Below are positions 23,436 to 37,594 of a stretch of 64,000 nucleotides of DNA, one piece after another. Positions within the stretch are counted from its first letter, which is position 1, and each line of letters opens with the position of its first letter. The stretch lies in contig JBLDXI010000015.1 in the NCBI GenBank assembly GCA_047495785.1, positions 3,224,001 through 3,288,000 on the forward strand. The letters are read 5' to 3'. The stretch is from Lepidodermella squamata (taxonomy: Eukaryota > Animalia > Gastrotricha). Under the pieces are notes generated by a model that ran no database searches, was not told the DNA's origin, and worked only from the letters and a program-made list of their open reading frames with translations. The position numbers and the translations under genes are program-made.

Positions 23436-25539
23436 CTAGCGATGGCAATAACAAAACGGTTTGAGAGAATGAACTTCGAGACATTCCGACTGCTTCCCAT
23501 AGGCGTTAAGGCGGCTGATACCTTCAACTCGTAAATCACTTCGCCGCCCGTCCATGCCGATCCGAACGTGGATAGTCGCCTCGAAAATAGCTCCACTCGT
23601 CGCATCAACTGTAGCTAAAAACGGCGGTTTCGCAAGAATTGTGACCAGGTAAAACGCAAGCCGCGTCTTACTCCGCTCCATTACGTAATCACGGTCAAAT
23701 AACACGGTTCGATCATTGACATCATTTATGCTGTTTTTAAATAGCAGAAATTTATCGTTCGGCTTCAGCAGTCTCACCTCCAGGACAGAAGACAGCGACC
23801 AATTGGCGCAAAATTGAGAGTGAGGCTGAATTACTGCGGCGTTAAGGTGGCTGGTAACGCTAACAGCCATTTCGAGACTCGATTGGGAATTCGTGTCGAT
23901 TTCTGTTGATCTATGGCAAGCGCACCAATGTTGCTCCACACCGGCTTGTTCACAACTTCGCGACCATGAGATTTTCGAGAATAGACTCGAGCCGAATTTA
24001 GTAACTCCAGGCTCTTTTTGCGAGACTGACTTTCCTAGCAAATCTTTCAGCGTGTGATAGATATCAAATGGGGTGATGAGTTTTTGAGAATTCGCAACAA
24101 AATTATCAAATTCATTCGGAAATCGGTCGCGGAACAATTTTGGCAATGCGACGGACAATGCTGGAAGGCGCTCTTCATATTTGCCGTAAATTGTCGTTCG
24201 ATAATTGCCCCACCGAGTTCCATGGTCGCTGAATAGTATGACAACAGTACGATCGGGGTCGTAGATATTCGATTTTTGCATTGATTCGAAAAATTGAGAG
24301 TAAACTTGATCAGCAACTAAAGCCAGCGACTGGTCTTCATGGGTAATTCTTGTGAGGTAGACGAAGGCGAAAAAAGGATCAGATGCGATTTTTGCTAAAA
24401 GAAAAAATTAATTTAATTAAACCTGAAATAGAAAAGAATATCATACCTTGAAGCATTGCAGATTTAACAAAATCAAAAGCGTACTCGACTTCAAATCGAT
24501 TTCTGTAGCACAATTTAGCGTCGCCATGCCAGGCATCGCGATCGGCCTCCATCGCCAAATTCATAGGCCTGAAGTAGAAATCAGCCGGCTCCTCGCGAAA
24601 TCCCATTTTCAGATAGTTGAAAATAGAAATTTCCGGAAAATCCTCGGCATAAATTGTTCGGTAACCCTGCCGAGCAAAGTCTTTCCAAATGAAACCGAAA
24701 TCGTCGAAAGGCTTTCGAGCGGCTATCGATTCATTCCACGGCAAATCGTCGACAAAATGGCCGGTGGTCATCGGCACGACATTCACGAAAGTATTATCCC
24801 GCACTTTATTATAGATTTTAAAATCGACAAAATCACTGGATCGCTCGAAAAAATCGCGAGTTCGATTCATCAACCGCAGAAAATTCTGCCGAGAAACACC
24901 GTCCATTCCAAACATCAAAACGTTAAACGGCGCGTTATCGGCCGATTTTTCGGCAATTTTTGATGATTTTTCTGCTTGAAGAACAATTTTGCTGTGGAGA
25001 TCAGAGTAAATTGGGGTCGAAGAATTTTTCCGATAGCAATTAATCCGGAAGAAGTTGCATTTATCTGAAATTTTCGCTGGTAGAACCTGCTCGTCTGAAA
25101 ACGTGATTTCATTGTCAGTTTCTCGCACCACGCATCGAAGAACGCATCGATCAACAACCGAATCAGCGCTTGCAATTTTAATTGTTGAATCCGGCGATAA
25201 ATCTAACGAAATTTTAGTTTGAGGTAGGGCTGATTTGCATGAGTAGCCAGTTTTCATCAAGTACTCCAGATCGCGGCCGTAAACTCGATTGAAATCTTCG
25301 TTGAATAAAGGGAAATCAGGGACGACACAGGCGAGACGCCGCGTGGCCGGGGCGAGGTGGAAAAATTGGCGAAGGGCAGCGTCGGCCCGTTCATGGTGAT
25401 TAGCAATATGGCGGGCCAAGTGATGGCTGGACGGCAGTTGCTGCACAACGAAAAATAAATTCAAGGAAACGACGCAAATCGTCGCTAGAATCAGCCGGCG
25501 GAGTGATGGCAAGAACGACCGGCAGAGCGATGAAGGCAT
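23436..25539 (-). CDS. DUF229 / alkaline-phosphatase-superfamily type II membrane protein (2 exons, intron about 24397-24446)
   Basis: NVLMFGMDGVSRQNFLR, YNKVRDNTFVN, GYRTIYAED, FSDHGTRWG, EERLP, TPFDIYHTL, RSCEQAGVEQHWCAC, SRLNAYGKQSEC...FCYC. Confidence 0.9.
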
Positions 25540-26926
25540 TGCTGAACAAAACGATACAAAACCGCTACAGTAATAATATCATCTTAAACACGTAAATTGA
25601 GCTGATGATAATAGGCTAACGACGCTGTAGATGATACGGGCTGTGAAGAGGCCAGTGATTTGCGCCCTTGTTTCAGCTATTATATAAGTGGATCTGATTA
25701 TTGCTGATTTAAGAGGGGCTATTAAACAAAACCACATGTTCCGTGTTATGATAGGGGCGAAATGAATGGCGCTCTCACAATAAATCTTTACGATAACGTC
25801 AATGATAATATTATTAGTAGGTATGTGCGTAGGCGCGCACTGTTATAGGCCTTCAACGCGCGCTCATCCTCACAATATCGACGCATGATGGCCTTACTTT
25901 GATGGTATCTTCCTATCTTAACGTACCTTCTCATAGAATGAGATGCGTTAGCCTTTGGCTCTAATAAAAGCAAAACACATTCGTGCATACACCTCTAGGC
26001 TTCATTTGGGTCATGCTATAGGGTAATTAAGGATTTGATTTCGCAATTCAAAACCGTTGATTCTCCAAATGACCGATTAATGTCTTCGAGGCTACTTGAA
26101 CCTGGGTATTTTGTTTTATCGGTTAATAAATGATGAAAAGCGAAAAATGGCTGTGACCAGAATGGGACAGGTAATGAGCGAAAAAACTTATTGTAGTCAA
26201 ATGCCGTAATTCAGGGGCAACCTGTTAGGTATTCTCGAAGGTTTTCCATTTGCTGGAAAGACGGAGCGTGGTTTTTTTTAGATTTCAGTTGTCAAGTATT
26301 TTTTTATTGGCGTTTTTTCATCAAGGTCGCTCATAAACTGTGGAGGGAGCGGCAGACATGTCTCTTTCTTGTCCTACTAGTTACTAAATTTTGATGATCA
26401 GTTTTTACGACAGCGACACATGGCACCCACTTGAATATACATACAGAATCGTTGTGTCATAACTCAGCACTTTGACCAGTGTAGCCGCCATGACGTGCTT
26501 TCCCCTCGATGGGACTGACGGGGGCGGAAATTTAGCGGCCGGGTGCGATATTTTTTTACCACCTCTCCTACTCACAGCCCTCAGCGAATCGTGTTGTTCA
26601 GGCATCTGTTCCTAACTATTGCGCAATTATTTGAATTGTAGTCACAGTGGCCGTTGATCTCTGTGAGACAGCGCATCGTGATTGCTCAGTTGGACATGAA
26701 TTGAGCGCGCACGGCCGTCGGCGACGGTCTAATAAAATGCGCACTGACCTACTTTCGCGAGAGGTCAATTACTTTGGCGTAGTCGACGCACCGAGAGATG
26801 ACTGCGATTTATTGCTTTACTAGACGTTTCTTTCATGTTAAACAGCCCACTGAGTTTACTCTGACAAATCCAAGTTTTTCGCCCGTTTCTCACAATTAGA
26901 TTATCGTTTGTGCTGCTGATAGTGTA

Positions 26927-28385
26927 ATGGCCGCCGAGTTTAATTTGTCCCTCGATGCCATCTCACCAAACATTTACTCGAATGACGAAGAACTCGCCAG
27001 GTAATTATCTCTTTCTGTAGTCGTAAGTACCTATTGATTTTATGTGAATCCAGAACGGAGGCGGTTATTCGTTATTCTTGCAACGATTGCTCTTTCAATG
27101 ACGATTCCCTGTCCGGCGCGTCAGGCATAATTCAATCTTTCAATTCGACGAGTGTAATCGAAGTAGAGCCGATCGGCTGGTCTATTCGTGATTTTAGGTA
27201 CCAAGATCATTTCTCAATTTGTTAGTATTTTATTGTTCTTTCTATAGCGCCGCCGAAACGATTTATCGGTATAAATGTGCAAAATGTCTCGGCCAGGTGA
27301 ATTTTATGCTCGAACTCAATTGCGGCCGATCTACAAACTGCGGCAACAAAGTGCCCGCGAAATCGTTCGAATACATCACTGCTACTTTCCTCACAACGCA
27401 GTCTGTTACGCAGATTCAAAAATTATCATCGATTATTAGCATTGGTGTTACTTTTTAGGGGCGCCGAGTTGTTGCTGTTCTATAAATGCAGAAAATGCAG
27501 CGGTAGTACGCAAATTTCGCTGAGTTTTCGCGACTTGCCATCCGGCTGCGGCCAGCAACTCGCCAATTTTTGTGCCTTTAAGCCATACGAGGCAATCGAA
27601 GGGTAATAAATTTTGTCCAATTTATCCCGAATTAATTAATTTTGGCCCTTTTGATTTTAATTATTTCGCCAAATTAGCCCACTTTTATCACGTTAATTTT
27701 AAGTTGGCTTTTTTACTTTCCTTTTTTTGCGGAAATCCGCATTAAATTCAGTGCTTATTTGCGATTTTCAAAGAAGTTATTTTTCAGGAAAAGTGTTGTG
27801 GAGGGACTGATCGGTCATCGATGCGGAAACTGTCGTCGATTTTCCAACCTCAGCGTTAAATTTTACGAGCAATCAGCAACTACCGCGCCGCTCTGCGTTC
27901 AAACTCTCGTTGACTCGCAATCTCTAACGATAACTGTCTCTGATAATCGTCTGGGTGAAAATTTCGACGAATGTAAGAGTGGAGTGAACTTGTCGCTGAA
28001 ATCGCCCGAAAGTGAGCCGAATATCCCAGTAACCGTTGAGTCCCAGTTCCCGGAAAAGAAGACCAAAGAAAGCTCAAAGTCACCTGGCAAAAAATCGCCG
28101 AAAAAACGTGTTCTCGGTCGTTTGGTCAAGTCGGAATCGGTAAAAGCACTTCGGGGCCCTAAAACACCTGTCAAGGCGGCTGCGGTTACTCCAGGCAGGG
28201 TGAACATGTGTATGTTCTGCTCAGCCCCCTTTGCGTACCCTGGTGACAAGTTTTTCCACGAACGAACGGTTCACGCCAACTTATTGGCCAAGTTGCCCGA
28301 TTCGAAGATTTGCCCGATTTGCAAGGCTCCTTTTCACAGCGCATTCGCTCTGAAGCTGCACCAAGCGAAAACCCACAACAAATGA
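26927..28385 (+). CDS. 4xCxxC-module zinc-finger protein, paralog 1 (5 exons)
   Basis: Exons YSCNDC / YKCAKC / YKCRKC / GHRCGNC, then a C2H2 pair with LAKLPDS linker. Confidence 0.75.
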
Positions 28386-29401
28386 AATTTTCCAGTGATC
28401 AAAACGTGAGACATGATGATTCAAATGAGTGCAACAATATTTTCCACCGAAGTTGTTTCTGTGAAAAATTGCTCAATTTAACCGTCTTACATTCTAATTT
28501 TCGGTGAAATTCTTATATTTTTCTATTATTTATAGACTGATTTACTTATTATTGACACTAAAGCAGTTTGAAATGACGAGATGGCTCCTCGCTATGTGAA
28601 ATGCTTTATCTGAGGTCATCGGGTTGGAGTCCCAAAGCGTTGCCCCTTTTACGAGTTGATAACTGAACCGGGCCAACCAAGTCTCGTGTGCATCGCTGAG
28701 CGTTTCTTTTATGCAAATGAAAAACAACACTATTATTACGCTGCGGCCGCAATAAATCGTGTGCTTCTTTTTCCATTCATAATTATCTCAATTGTGAGCC
28801 AAATGCCTACTGACCACGTGTTTTCACTACGAGTCTCAGCCTTTATTCTGCCATCTTTAGTTATTATAATACCATGCGTTATATTTATAAATTTGTAGGA
28901 CTATGGCGCTCGTATTGCCTGTTCATAAGGCTTGCTGGGCAAGTTTTCATTGCTTTTTGATAAATAACGTAAATTTAGTTGATCAAACGATAATTTCCTG
29001 GTATTAGCGGGCGCATAATGCGTGCGTACTACACATGCGCCTTGCGGGACATGCGCGTGTTAAGACTTGATTGCTCCAGAAGGCAATAAACTCGCGTTTC
29101 CACATTGTGTTCTATAATTATTTTACTTCTCATTGCTGTCTGCGCCTGTAATGAGATGGCGCGTGGGTCTCGCTTTTCATAACTTGCGCAGATCTAGGAT
29201 AACATGCGTAGCTTTTACACATTTGCCAACCGAATAAATTTGCTTTGCGTACGGCTAAGTTTCACACTTTATGTGCACTCTTATTCACCTTGTTTGAGAG
29301 CCGTTTTTATGATAATTGTGTTAATTCCTCGCAAGTTTTCTCCATGTCCATGTCTATTTTAAACCGAAATCCTCATATTTCAATCTTATTTTAGGTTTTA
29401 A

Positions 29402-32400
29402 ATGTCATCTTCCCTTATCGCCCATGCGGTGGAAAAAGTTTTGGATGAAGACGCAGAAGGGTATGTAACAATCGTAGTCTCCCTTAAATAAAATTATTTC
29501 CTAATTTTTTTAGTTCGACTACTATCGTGTCATACGGATGCAGTAATTGTGATCAGAAAATTGGCTCTACTCCAGCTTCAGCGAAATTTATTCAGACGGT
29601 GAACTCTGTATCGAATTCAGTGAAACCAATTGCATGGAAATTGCGAGACACTAGGTATTTTTTATTTGACTGCGATTTTTTCGATTTTAATTTTCGAATT
29701 TTCTAGATTGATTCAAACGATATTTACGAACCAGTGTGGCAGTTGCTCATCGCGGGTGGTTTTCCGCATTGAGCTGGCTTTTCTCAACAACTCGACGAAC
29801 CATTCGCCAGTATCTGGCCACCGCGATGAGAAAACTTCTTTTCGAGACGTCGCGATTAGTTTTGTACCAGACGAGTGAGTTGATTATCCCGCGTCTGAAA
29901 AATTGAGCCGAATTTATTGTTTGTTAGATGTTCGGAGATTTCGACGGACTATTCTTGTTGGAAATGCAGTCGCGTGACCAAGCTTCTTCTGAATTTTCGA
30001 GACGTCGCAGATGATGGCTGCAAATTTGCTACATTTTTCAGCGTTCGAACCTTCCCACCCTTTCAAACTAGTAATGGGTAAGAAAACTCTAACATGAATT
30101 AATTAATTATACTCGCAAAATATTAAAAAAATTGTAAAAATGAACAAGAATTTATCTAAAAAGTTGAATTATTATACTCGTAGTCCGTTTAAATGAGTAT
30201 TGAAAATTCAGAAAACGGTAACTCGGCCTTATTCTCGCTATTTAGGAAAAATTTAAATTAATTCAATTTTTGCGATACCGATATGAAAATTTACCGACTA
30301 ATATTATCGAATGTGTTGTGTATTGCCAAAATGCTGAGCGGCGTAGAAACAGAAAAATATTGAAAATCGAGATCGGAGGTATTTTCGGACAATGATAACG
30401 GCGAACACCTCTTCATCCACGGCTACCGCGGCCTCGACCGCCATTGTTCTCCTGCTTGTCCTCTTCAACAAGAGCCGTAGAGCAATGACGCCGTAATCTT
30501 CATCCGACGACGCGCCTCGATAGTTTGACCTACAATTAAAATAACGATTTCGGCAGCTTCGTTTGGGTTGAAACGAGGCTTAGCCGCAGGATGAGAACGC
30601 TGCAGGTGTTGATGTAAGGAATGATTGCTCGAAGCAGGAGTAACAGACGTGTTCTGACTGTAACTTCCGGAATCGGAAGAGAGGCCCGACGATTTCTGGC
30701 ATCGGAGATAGCGAACTGATTTTTTTAAGCATTTTCGAACAGCCGAACTGGATTTTGCTACAAGCTTCGAAGCCGGCTGCAGCTAGATTGATGTCGATTT
30801 TCATTTTTATGGAACTCACCGTTGTGTATTCGAGCCCGTTTGATCATTCGTTTGAAGGCTTTCCTATTGGGTTTCTTAGTGAGATTTCAATGTTTCCGCC
30901 TTGAGGATAAAAGAAGTTGGTTCGACGTAAGATTTATCCCATTGAACCACGATGGCCTTTTTGCAAGAGCCATCTCTTCTGAGCAGTTCACACGAGGTTC
31001 GTAAATAAAAGCTGTCGGATAAAAAAATTCTTCAACCTTTTGAAATTTACTCGGCATATTGTTAGAAATTGAGGGAATTTTTTTAGTGAGTAGCGAACCG
31101 AGGGAGTTGGCATCGATTCGTTGGGCATTTTTGACTCGGTGTAATTAAATTCGATACTTTCGAATTTTTTGATTGCTAGAGTGATGAACCGCCGCTTATA
31201 ATTATTTTAATTTTGATTTTACGGCTCTTACACAGCCGCCGAATAGCATGGCAGCTTTTTAGTAGAACTTGTTGTTTTTCAATGACCAATGTGACGTGTA
31301 TTTCCGGTTCTTGAAATAAACAGCTATGCCGTTGTTGGCGGTCCTGAACAGGTGAACAGTCTCTGTGAAATCTGGCGAAATTGATTGAGGATTCCCGCGA
31401 TTCTGTGATCGAATAGCTTAGTTTAGTCGAAGGAGGGTCAACTTTTAAAATTTATCTCCAGAGAAATTCTCATGGTTTTCAGCTGAGACGCTATAGCGAC
31501 TGAACGTCTGTACCCTCTCGGGGTTTGAGGAAATTAGCTTTAATTTTATGTGGTTTTCAAAATACAAAAATGATTAAGCTGGATTTTTCATTTTTAAACT
31601 AATTTTCTTTTTAATTTTTCCTTAGAATGAGCGCCTACGAAGCTCTTATCGGTCATCGATGCCGAAAGTGCTACAACGTGTCAAAGGTCTCCGTGCGGTT
31701 TATAGAGCAGCAACATCCCTCTGACTCAACGCCCATTGTGATTAAAGCCCCGCCAAGCCAGAGCACCAGGCCAATATCGACCGACTCTAACGCCATTCCA
31801 ATAGTGGATTCGCCTCCGACTAGTAATTCGTCCTGTCAGCCGCCGTCAAATGATGCCGACGACGTGTATGAAGTCGCGTCTGATGACGATAATATAAACC
31901 GCTCAAAAGCCGGCATTGTCATCCGAATCAAGAAACCTCTTCGAAAATTACTTACTGCGAAGAATCATCGCCAACCAAAATCAATCGGCGGTTTGAAATG
32001 CCCGTTTTGCGAGCGGAAATTCACCAAATTGAGCTTATTACGGTCTCATGAAAGGTCGTATCATTCAATCGAGCTGGCGAAGCTACCGAATTCTACGCAA
32101 TGCCTGCGTTGTCTAAGCTTTTTCCGAACAAAGGCCGAACTGGCGAGGCATCACAGGCAAAACAATGGCATGTGTTTAGACCGGTCGAGCAGCAATTTCC
32201 CGTGCCAGTTCTGCGGGAAGCTGTTCAACGACAATAAGACGAAAACTCATCATGAGCAATATTTCCACACCGAAGAGTTGGCCGGCGTTGAAGGGTCCAA
32301 AAAGTGTGACCGATGTTCGAAAATCTTTCATTCCGAAAAAGAGCTTACTAACCACGTTTCTAAAACCAAAGGCAACTGCAATTCGTCCTGGAATAAAAAT

Positions 32401-32763
32401 GCGTTGAAAAATCCGCTGGCAAGTCCGTCTTCTTCGTATGCAGTCCTAACGCCTGAAACAGCCTCGAAGTCGAAGGAAAATTTCGAGTTTTCGTCGTCGT
32501 CGTCGTCATCATCATCTTCGATGACCGAGATGGAAATTTCGCTTAAATGCGAATTTTGTGATATGAAATTTAAGAGGCGGGACTTGCGATCCCGACATGA
32601 GCGGCTCACTCACAATGCTGAGTTGGCGAAGCTACCTGGCGCGACCGTTTGTGAGGGTTGCAACCTGTATTTCCGGGATGAACATGCGAGATTGTGTCAC
32701 TACGGCGCTGTTAAATCTTGTAATTATTTGGCTCCTACACCGACGAGGCGAAAGTCGAAATGA
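29402..32763 (+). CDS. 4xCxxC-module zinc-finger protein, paralog 2 (last intron about 1.5 kb)
   Basis: YGCSNC / NQCGSC / YSCWKC / GHRCRKC, then three finger pairs with ELAKLP linkers. Confidence 0.75.
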
Positions 32764-32875
32764 GTATTATTCATTTGTTTTTTCTTGCCGAACTTATTGC
32801 TGATAAAAGGCTTTCTCGTGTTTTTTGATCAAAATAAAATGAAAAAATTGTTATTCCATTCAGGAGAAATTTTAA

Positions 32876-34892
32876 ATGAAATCTGTTGACCAGAAGAATT
32901 GTTTATTCATTGAAGAAGTTTCGAAGAGTTTAGAGGAAAAGTAAGTTTTTAGCTGTCTGGTGAAATGCTATAAACCCAAAATTTTTGCAGCTCTGATACA
33001 ATTATCACATACAGTTGTTCATCATGTGCCACGAAAAAGAATGCCGAAACAAGTCAGCTGATTCAGTCAGTGAATTCTTTATCAGACGCTGTTCGGCCAA
33101 TCGGGTGGAAAGTTGGCAATACCCGGTTCGGAAAATTAATCTGAACGCTGATTTGTTATGAAAATCCTTATTTTTTTTGCGACAGCTCGATGACGACTGT
33201 CTCAGCGTACCAATGTGGCAATTGCTTAGCCGGAATTACACTAGAGCTTGAGACGACATTTCTGTCTCTCAAAGATCCGCATGTGCTGAAATTGATCCCG
33301 CTGGAAAATCAAAATTCTTTGTTCTCTGAAATTTCAATCTCATTTACACCAGATCGGTAAATAATTGAAGTTGACAAGAATTTCCCTCAAATGAATTTTA
33401 GGGGAGCTGAAATTTTGACGTGGTACAGCTGTCGAAAATGCGGAATCCCTGCGCTGATTTCAATCGGTTTTCGAAGTGATTTCGACGAGAAATTTGACGG
33501 GGCTTTTACAGGCGTGAAAATCTCAAGGCCATTCGTAAACCCAAACGGGTTTGTATTTAATCGATCTTAAATCAATTTTCACCTGTTTTTTCTTTCGAAT
33601 TTTCAAGAACTAGTGCTTTTGAAGCATCGGTGTGTCATTGCTGCCGGCATTGCCGAGGAGACTCTAAACTTGCCGTGAAATTTTCCGAACGGCAGATTCC
33701 TGAACCGCCTCGATCGATTAATCTCGTTCAGAATTGCCAGCCCGTTGAAATAATTGATGATGACGAGGAAAGCTCAACTATCCCAGATCAGATTCTAGCA
33801 CCTAAAGATGAAAAAATTGACGAGGAACCGATTTTGTCAGAAACAGCTGAAAAGAAGGACGAAACAGCTATTCCTGATTTGATTGAAAATGAAGATCAAA
33901 CGAATGAAGACGCCCTATCAGAACTATCTGTTGAGGTTCCGCATGGTTACGTCCCGGTTGACGCTTTTGAAATGATCTCAAGTGAATCAAGTGATGTATC
34001 GAAATCCTCGTCAGAAATATCATTGGAATTTAACTCTGCCAAGATTTCAAATAATTTGCCTTCGATCGAATTACCTGTCCCAAATTTGGATTCAAATGAG
34101 AAATTTACGGTTGAAAACGAAGAATTTTTCAGCGATGATGAAGCATCGTCTGTGCTATCTGTTGAAATGCCATATAGGGCTATGCCATCTCCTAGTAATG
34201 AAGAGCCTGGCCAAGTCGAATCAACTCATTACTGTCGATCATGTGACAAAACTTTTGCGAAATTCACCACCTTTTTGCTGCACAACTATGTTCGACACCC
34301 CGCCAAAGCGGATCGTTTCAAAATTGGAAAGCGCTGTAGTCGCTGTAAACAGGTGTTTTCTAGTAGTGTCGCAGTCAAGAATCACAAACATCGTACGAAA
34401 GGGCGATGTACCTTCAACGCTAAGCGGAATATTTGTAAATTTTGCGGCTTGGTTTTGCGTGGATATCAACTTCTTACGAATCATCTGATGAGGTGCCCTA
34501 AAAAGCCCAAAAAACTCGAAACCGACAAGAACAAAACGATTGACTTGATGGAGGATAACGACGATTTTCAGGCCGAGATGACGGACACTGTTGACCATTT
34601 TCCTCTGGTTATGAGCGACTTTGAGGTGGAACGAATGGTTTCTAAGATTTTCCGGGATTCGCCCTCAGGAAGTGCTGCATTTCCGTGCACGTTCTGTTGT
34701 AGCGTGTTCAACGAATCGATGAGCCTCGAGCGTCACGAGCAGAGCCTTCACATGGCTGAGCTAATGGCTGTTCCTGGGTCTGTCAGCTGCAAGTCATGCC
34801 GGCTGGTTTTTCGTAACGAAGAATCGTTGGCTGGTCACGTTGTTCGTTGCGCAGTTCGAATCAGAGCCGCCGTAATAATCAATAATAATTGA
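32876..34892 (+). CDS. 4xCxxC-module zinc-finger protein, paralog 3
   Basis: YSCSSC / YQCGNC / YSCRKC / HCCRHC, an acidic linker, then C2H2/C2HC fingers. Confidence 0.75.
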
Positions 34893-35032
34893 TTGATGTT
34901 CTCATTTTTTTTTATTTTTTTCAAAAATTTTATCTCAATTTATTTTGTTACATTTTCTATAATTTCTCATAATAAATGACGAAGTAATAATTTTCCCATA
35001 ATTTTTTAGTTTTTGACAGAATTTAATTGAGA

Positions 35033-36954
35033 ATGAATATTTCCCATGAGCATTATTCACTTTTGATTCAAGATATTACGCGATGTGTCGAGTCGGATTG
35101 GCCGAAGCAAGTTTTCGCCATGAGTCAAATTGCTGAATTCAACTCACATTTTTATGCAGATCTAGTTTTAAAATCACCTGTGGCTGTTTATCCTGCGATG
35201 CTAGAAACATTCCATCATCGGTCACCCTGATTCAAACAGTTCACGCAGCTGCGAATTCGATTGAATCGAAAAACTGCGAAAAAATAAACCCGAAGTTTGT
35301 TTCTTGATTTGCCAAGAAATCGAGGGATTAGTTTCCAATTCAAATCCAGATCAATGCTGACTCAGCTGACCTACACGTGTAAGTCTTGTTCAGCTGCTGT
35401 CAATTTCGACCTCGCGTTGAGGTTTCGCTCGAAATATGACCCTAGCCCGTTTCCTGACCAAGCCTCTGCCCCACTCCCGTCTTCCTCGTAGGCCCAAATT
35501 TTTAAAAGTGTGCTCAATTTTCAAGTTTTGGCTTTCATTTCAGACTCGGTGAAATGTCTCTATGGTATAAATGTGGCCGATGTAGTGTTCATGCGTTGAT
35601 ATCAATCGATTATCATGAAGTGCCGGCTAATCCGAGCTATTTTACCAGCGTTGTGGTATCAAAACCACGCTCGAATTTTGATGGGTAGAAAATGGTAGAA
35701 AATATCTAGAAAATTGATCGAATTATTTCTAATTCTAGGCTGAACGAAGTGAACGCTTTGATTGGGTTTCAATGTCGATTTTGTGCCAACTTTTCCAAGC
35801 TCGAGGTGAAATTTACCGAAATCGGCTCAACGGGTATTCAAGCAAGATCTGACGGGTTCAGTTCCTGGGCACAAAATGTTCAAGTTGTCAGAATTTCGGA
35901 CAATGAACTGCTGTTACCCACATCTCGTGCGACGATTTCAAATTTATTGTTAGAAATTGAAAAATCGAAAATTCGTCCGGTTGATCTTGATGAAGTCATC
36001 GCGGTCCGAGCTGTGTGTGATGAACAAACTGCCGATGATTTTAGCGTTGAACAAATTTCCGATGACGACGAAGACTCTAATAGCTTCTTGTCTGAAGTTT
36101 CAGAAGAAATTCCTGACAAAAATTTGTTGGCGAAATTTATTAGTGAAGAAATGGAATCCGTTAATTCGGCCATAATGTCCGAAATTTCAGACTCAATATC
36201 AGAAATTTCCGAGGAAAATCCGAAATCTAGTTATTCAGTGAATTTGTGTTCCCAAGCTCCTCTTGAAATTTCGCCAAGTTGTGCTGAGGAAACCGGCAGA
36301 AATGCTGCTCTTGTTCTTGGGGCTGAATCTTGGAAGTATCGCATCGACCATAATTACGCGTTACCTCACGATGAGGACAATTCGTCCCCAGTTTTCGATT
36401 TTCAAAATCTGACCAGGCGATCTGATCATCATGTGATCTCTGATGATGATATCAGCGAAGATGGGAGGAAATCTCGTGAAAAACCCGTCGACACTGCTAG
36501 TTCACAGCAGCCAAAAGCTCAAAGGGAATCAATTTCAGTGGAAAAGGCCAGTGCCGAGGTGGAAACTGACCCCGTAAATGGAAAGCCGATTACACCTCGT
36601 TCTTTGCCTGGTAAAAGGAAGTCGCGAGCTAAGGCAGGAAAATATGTGTTTTGCGAGAATTGTCAGAGATATTTTGATAACATCGGCTTGCATAACGCAG
36701 TCATGCATAGCGATGACCCGGCCAGGTTCTTCTCACCTAAACGATGCAAGCGGTGTTTGACGCTGTTTAGAAGTGAGGTCGGGAATGAAGGTCATTGGTT
36801 GCATTTTAAAGGATCTTGCGATGACCGAAGTCATTATGACAAGGATGGGCTGTGCGCTTTTTGTGGCCTGGTACTACAGAATAAACGCAGGCTTGAGCTT
36901 CACGTGGATAGGTGCCATCCTCGACGAATAGCGGATTCGGTCAAATCGCCGTAA
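35033..36954 (+). CDS. CxxC-module zinc-finger protein, paralog 4
   Basis: YTCKSC / YKCGRC / FQCRFC exons, an acidic linker and three fingers. First module unclear. Confidence 0.65.
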
Positions 36955-37594
36955 TTGGTCGAAATTTCATTCACCCATCTATTGAATCGTCCACCGCAAT
37001 ATTCCTTTGGGGTTCTGGTTGTTAAAAGACACTAATTTTTACACAGCAAAATTATTTTACGCCGAATTTTTCAATTTCTTGTCGAATTTAAGTTGAATTT
37101 TTCCTCTGTGCCAAGTCATCACAATTCTCGTGTTGTAACAACTTTTTTACAAAATTCTGCTCGGCTGCTATCGTTCTGAAAATTTCAGTTCCTCGTTGAA
37201 TTTATTCGATCGATTTAGCCTGGGATTATAGATGAAATTTAATTTTCTCGACGGATATTTTTGTCTTTTAATATAACAGCAACTCTCTGAAATCTTGCAT
37301 GAGAAAGATAATGTAATTTTGGAAATTATTTCTTCACTCCGTCAACCGGTGTTTTGAATTTTCGTGTGGAATTATTTTTCTAATCCATTTATTGGAGATC
37401 ATTTAATATTTTGTTTCACGAGGCCGTTTGAATACACTTGGCTCGATCATGAGATGAAAATGTTAACAACATGAAATTTATAATTTATTTAGAAATTAAC
37501 GTTCACTAACTAGTTATGGAGTAACATGAACGCCAATTCAAAAGAGTTATTGTGAAAATTTAATTTATCGACTATTTTTGACTATTTTTCTCAG

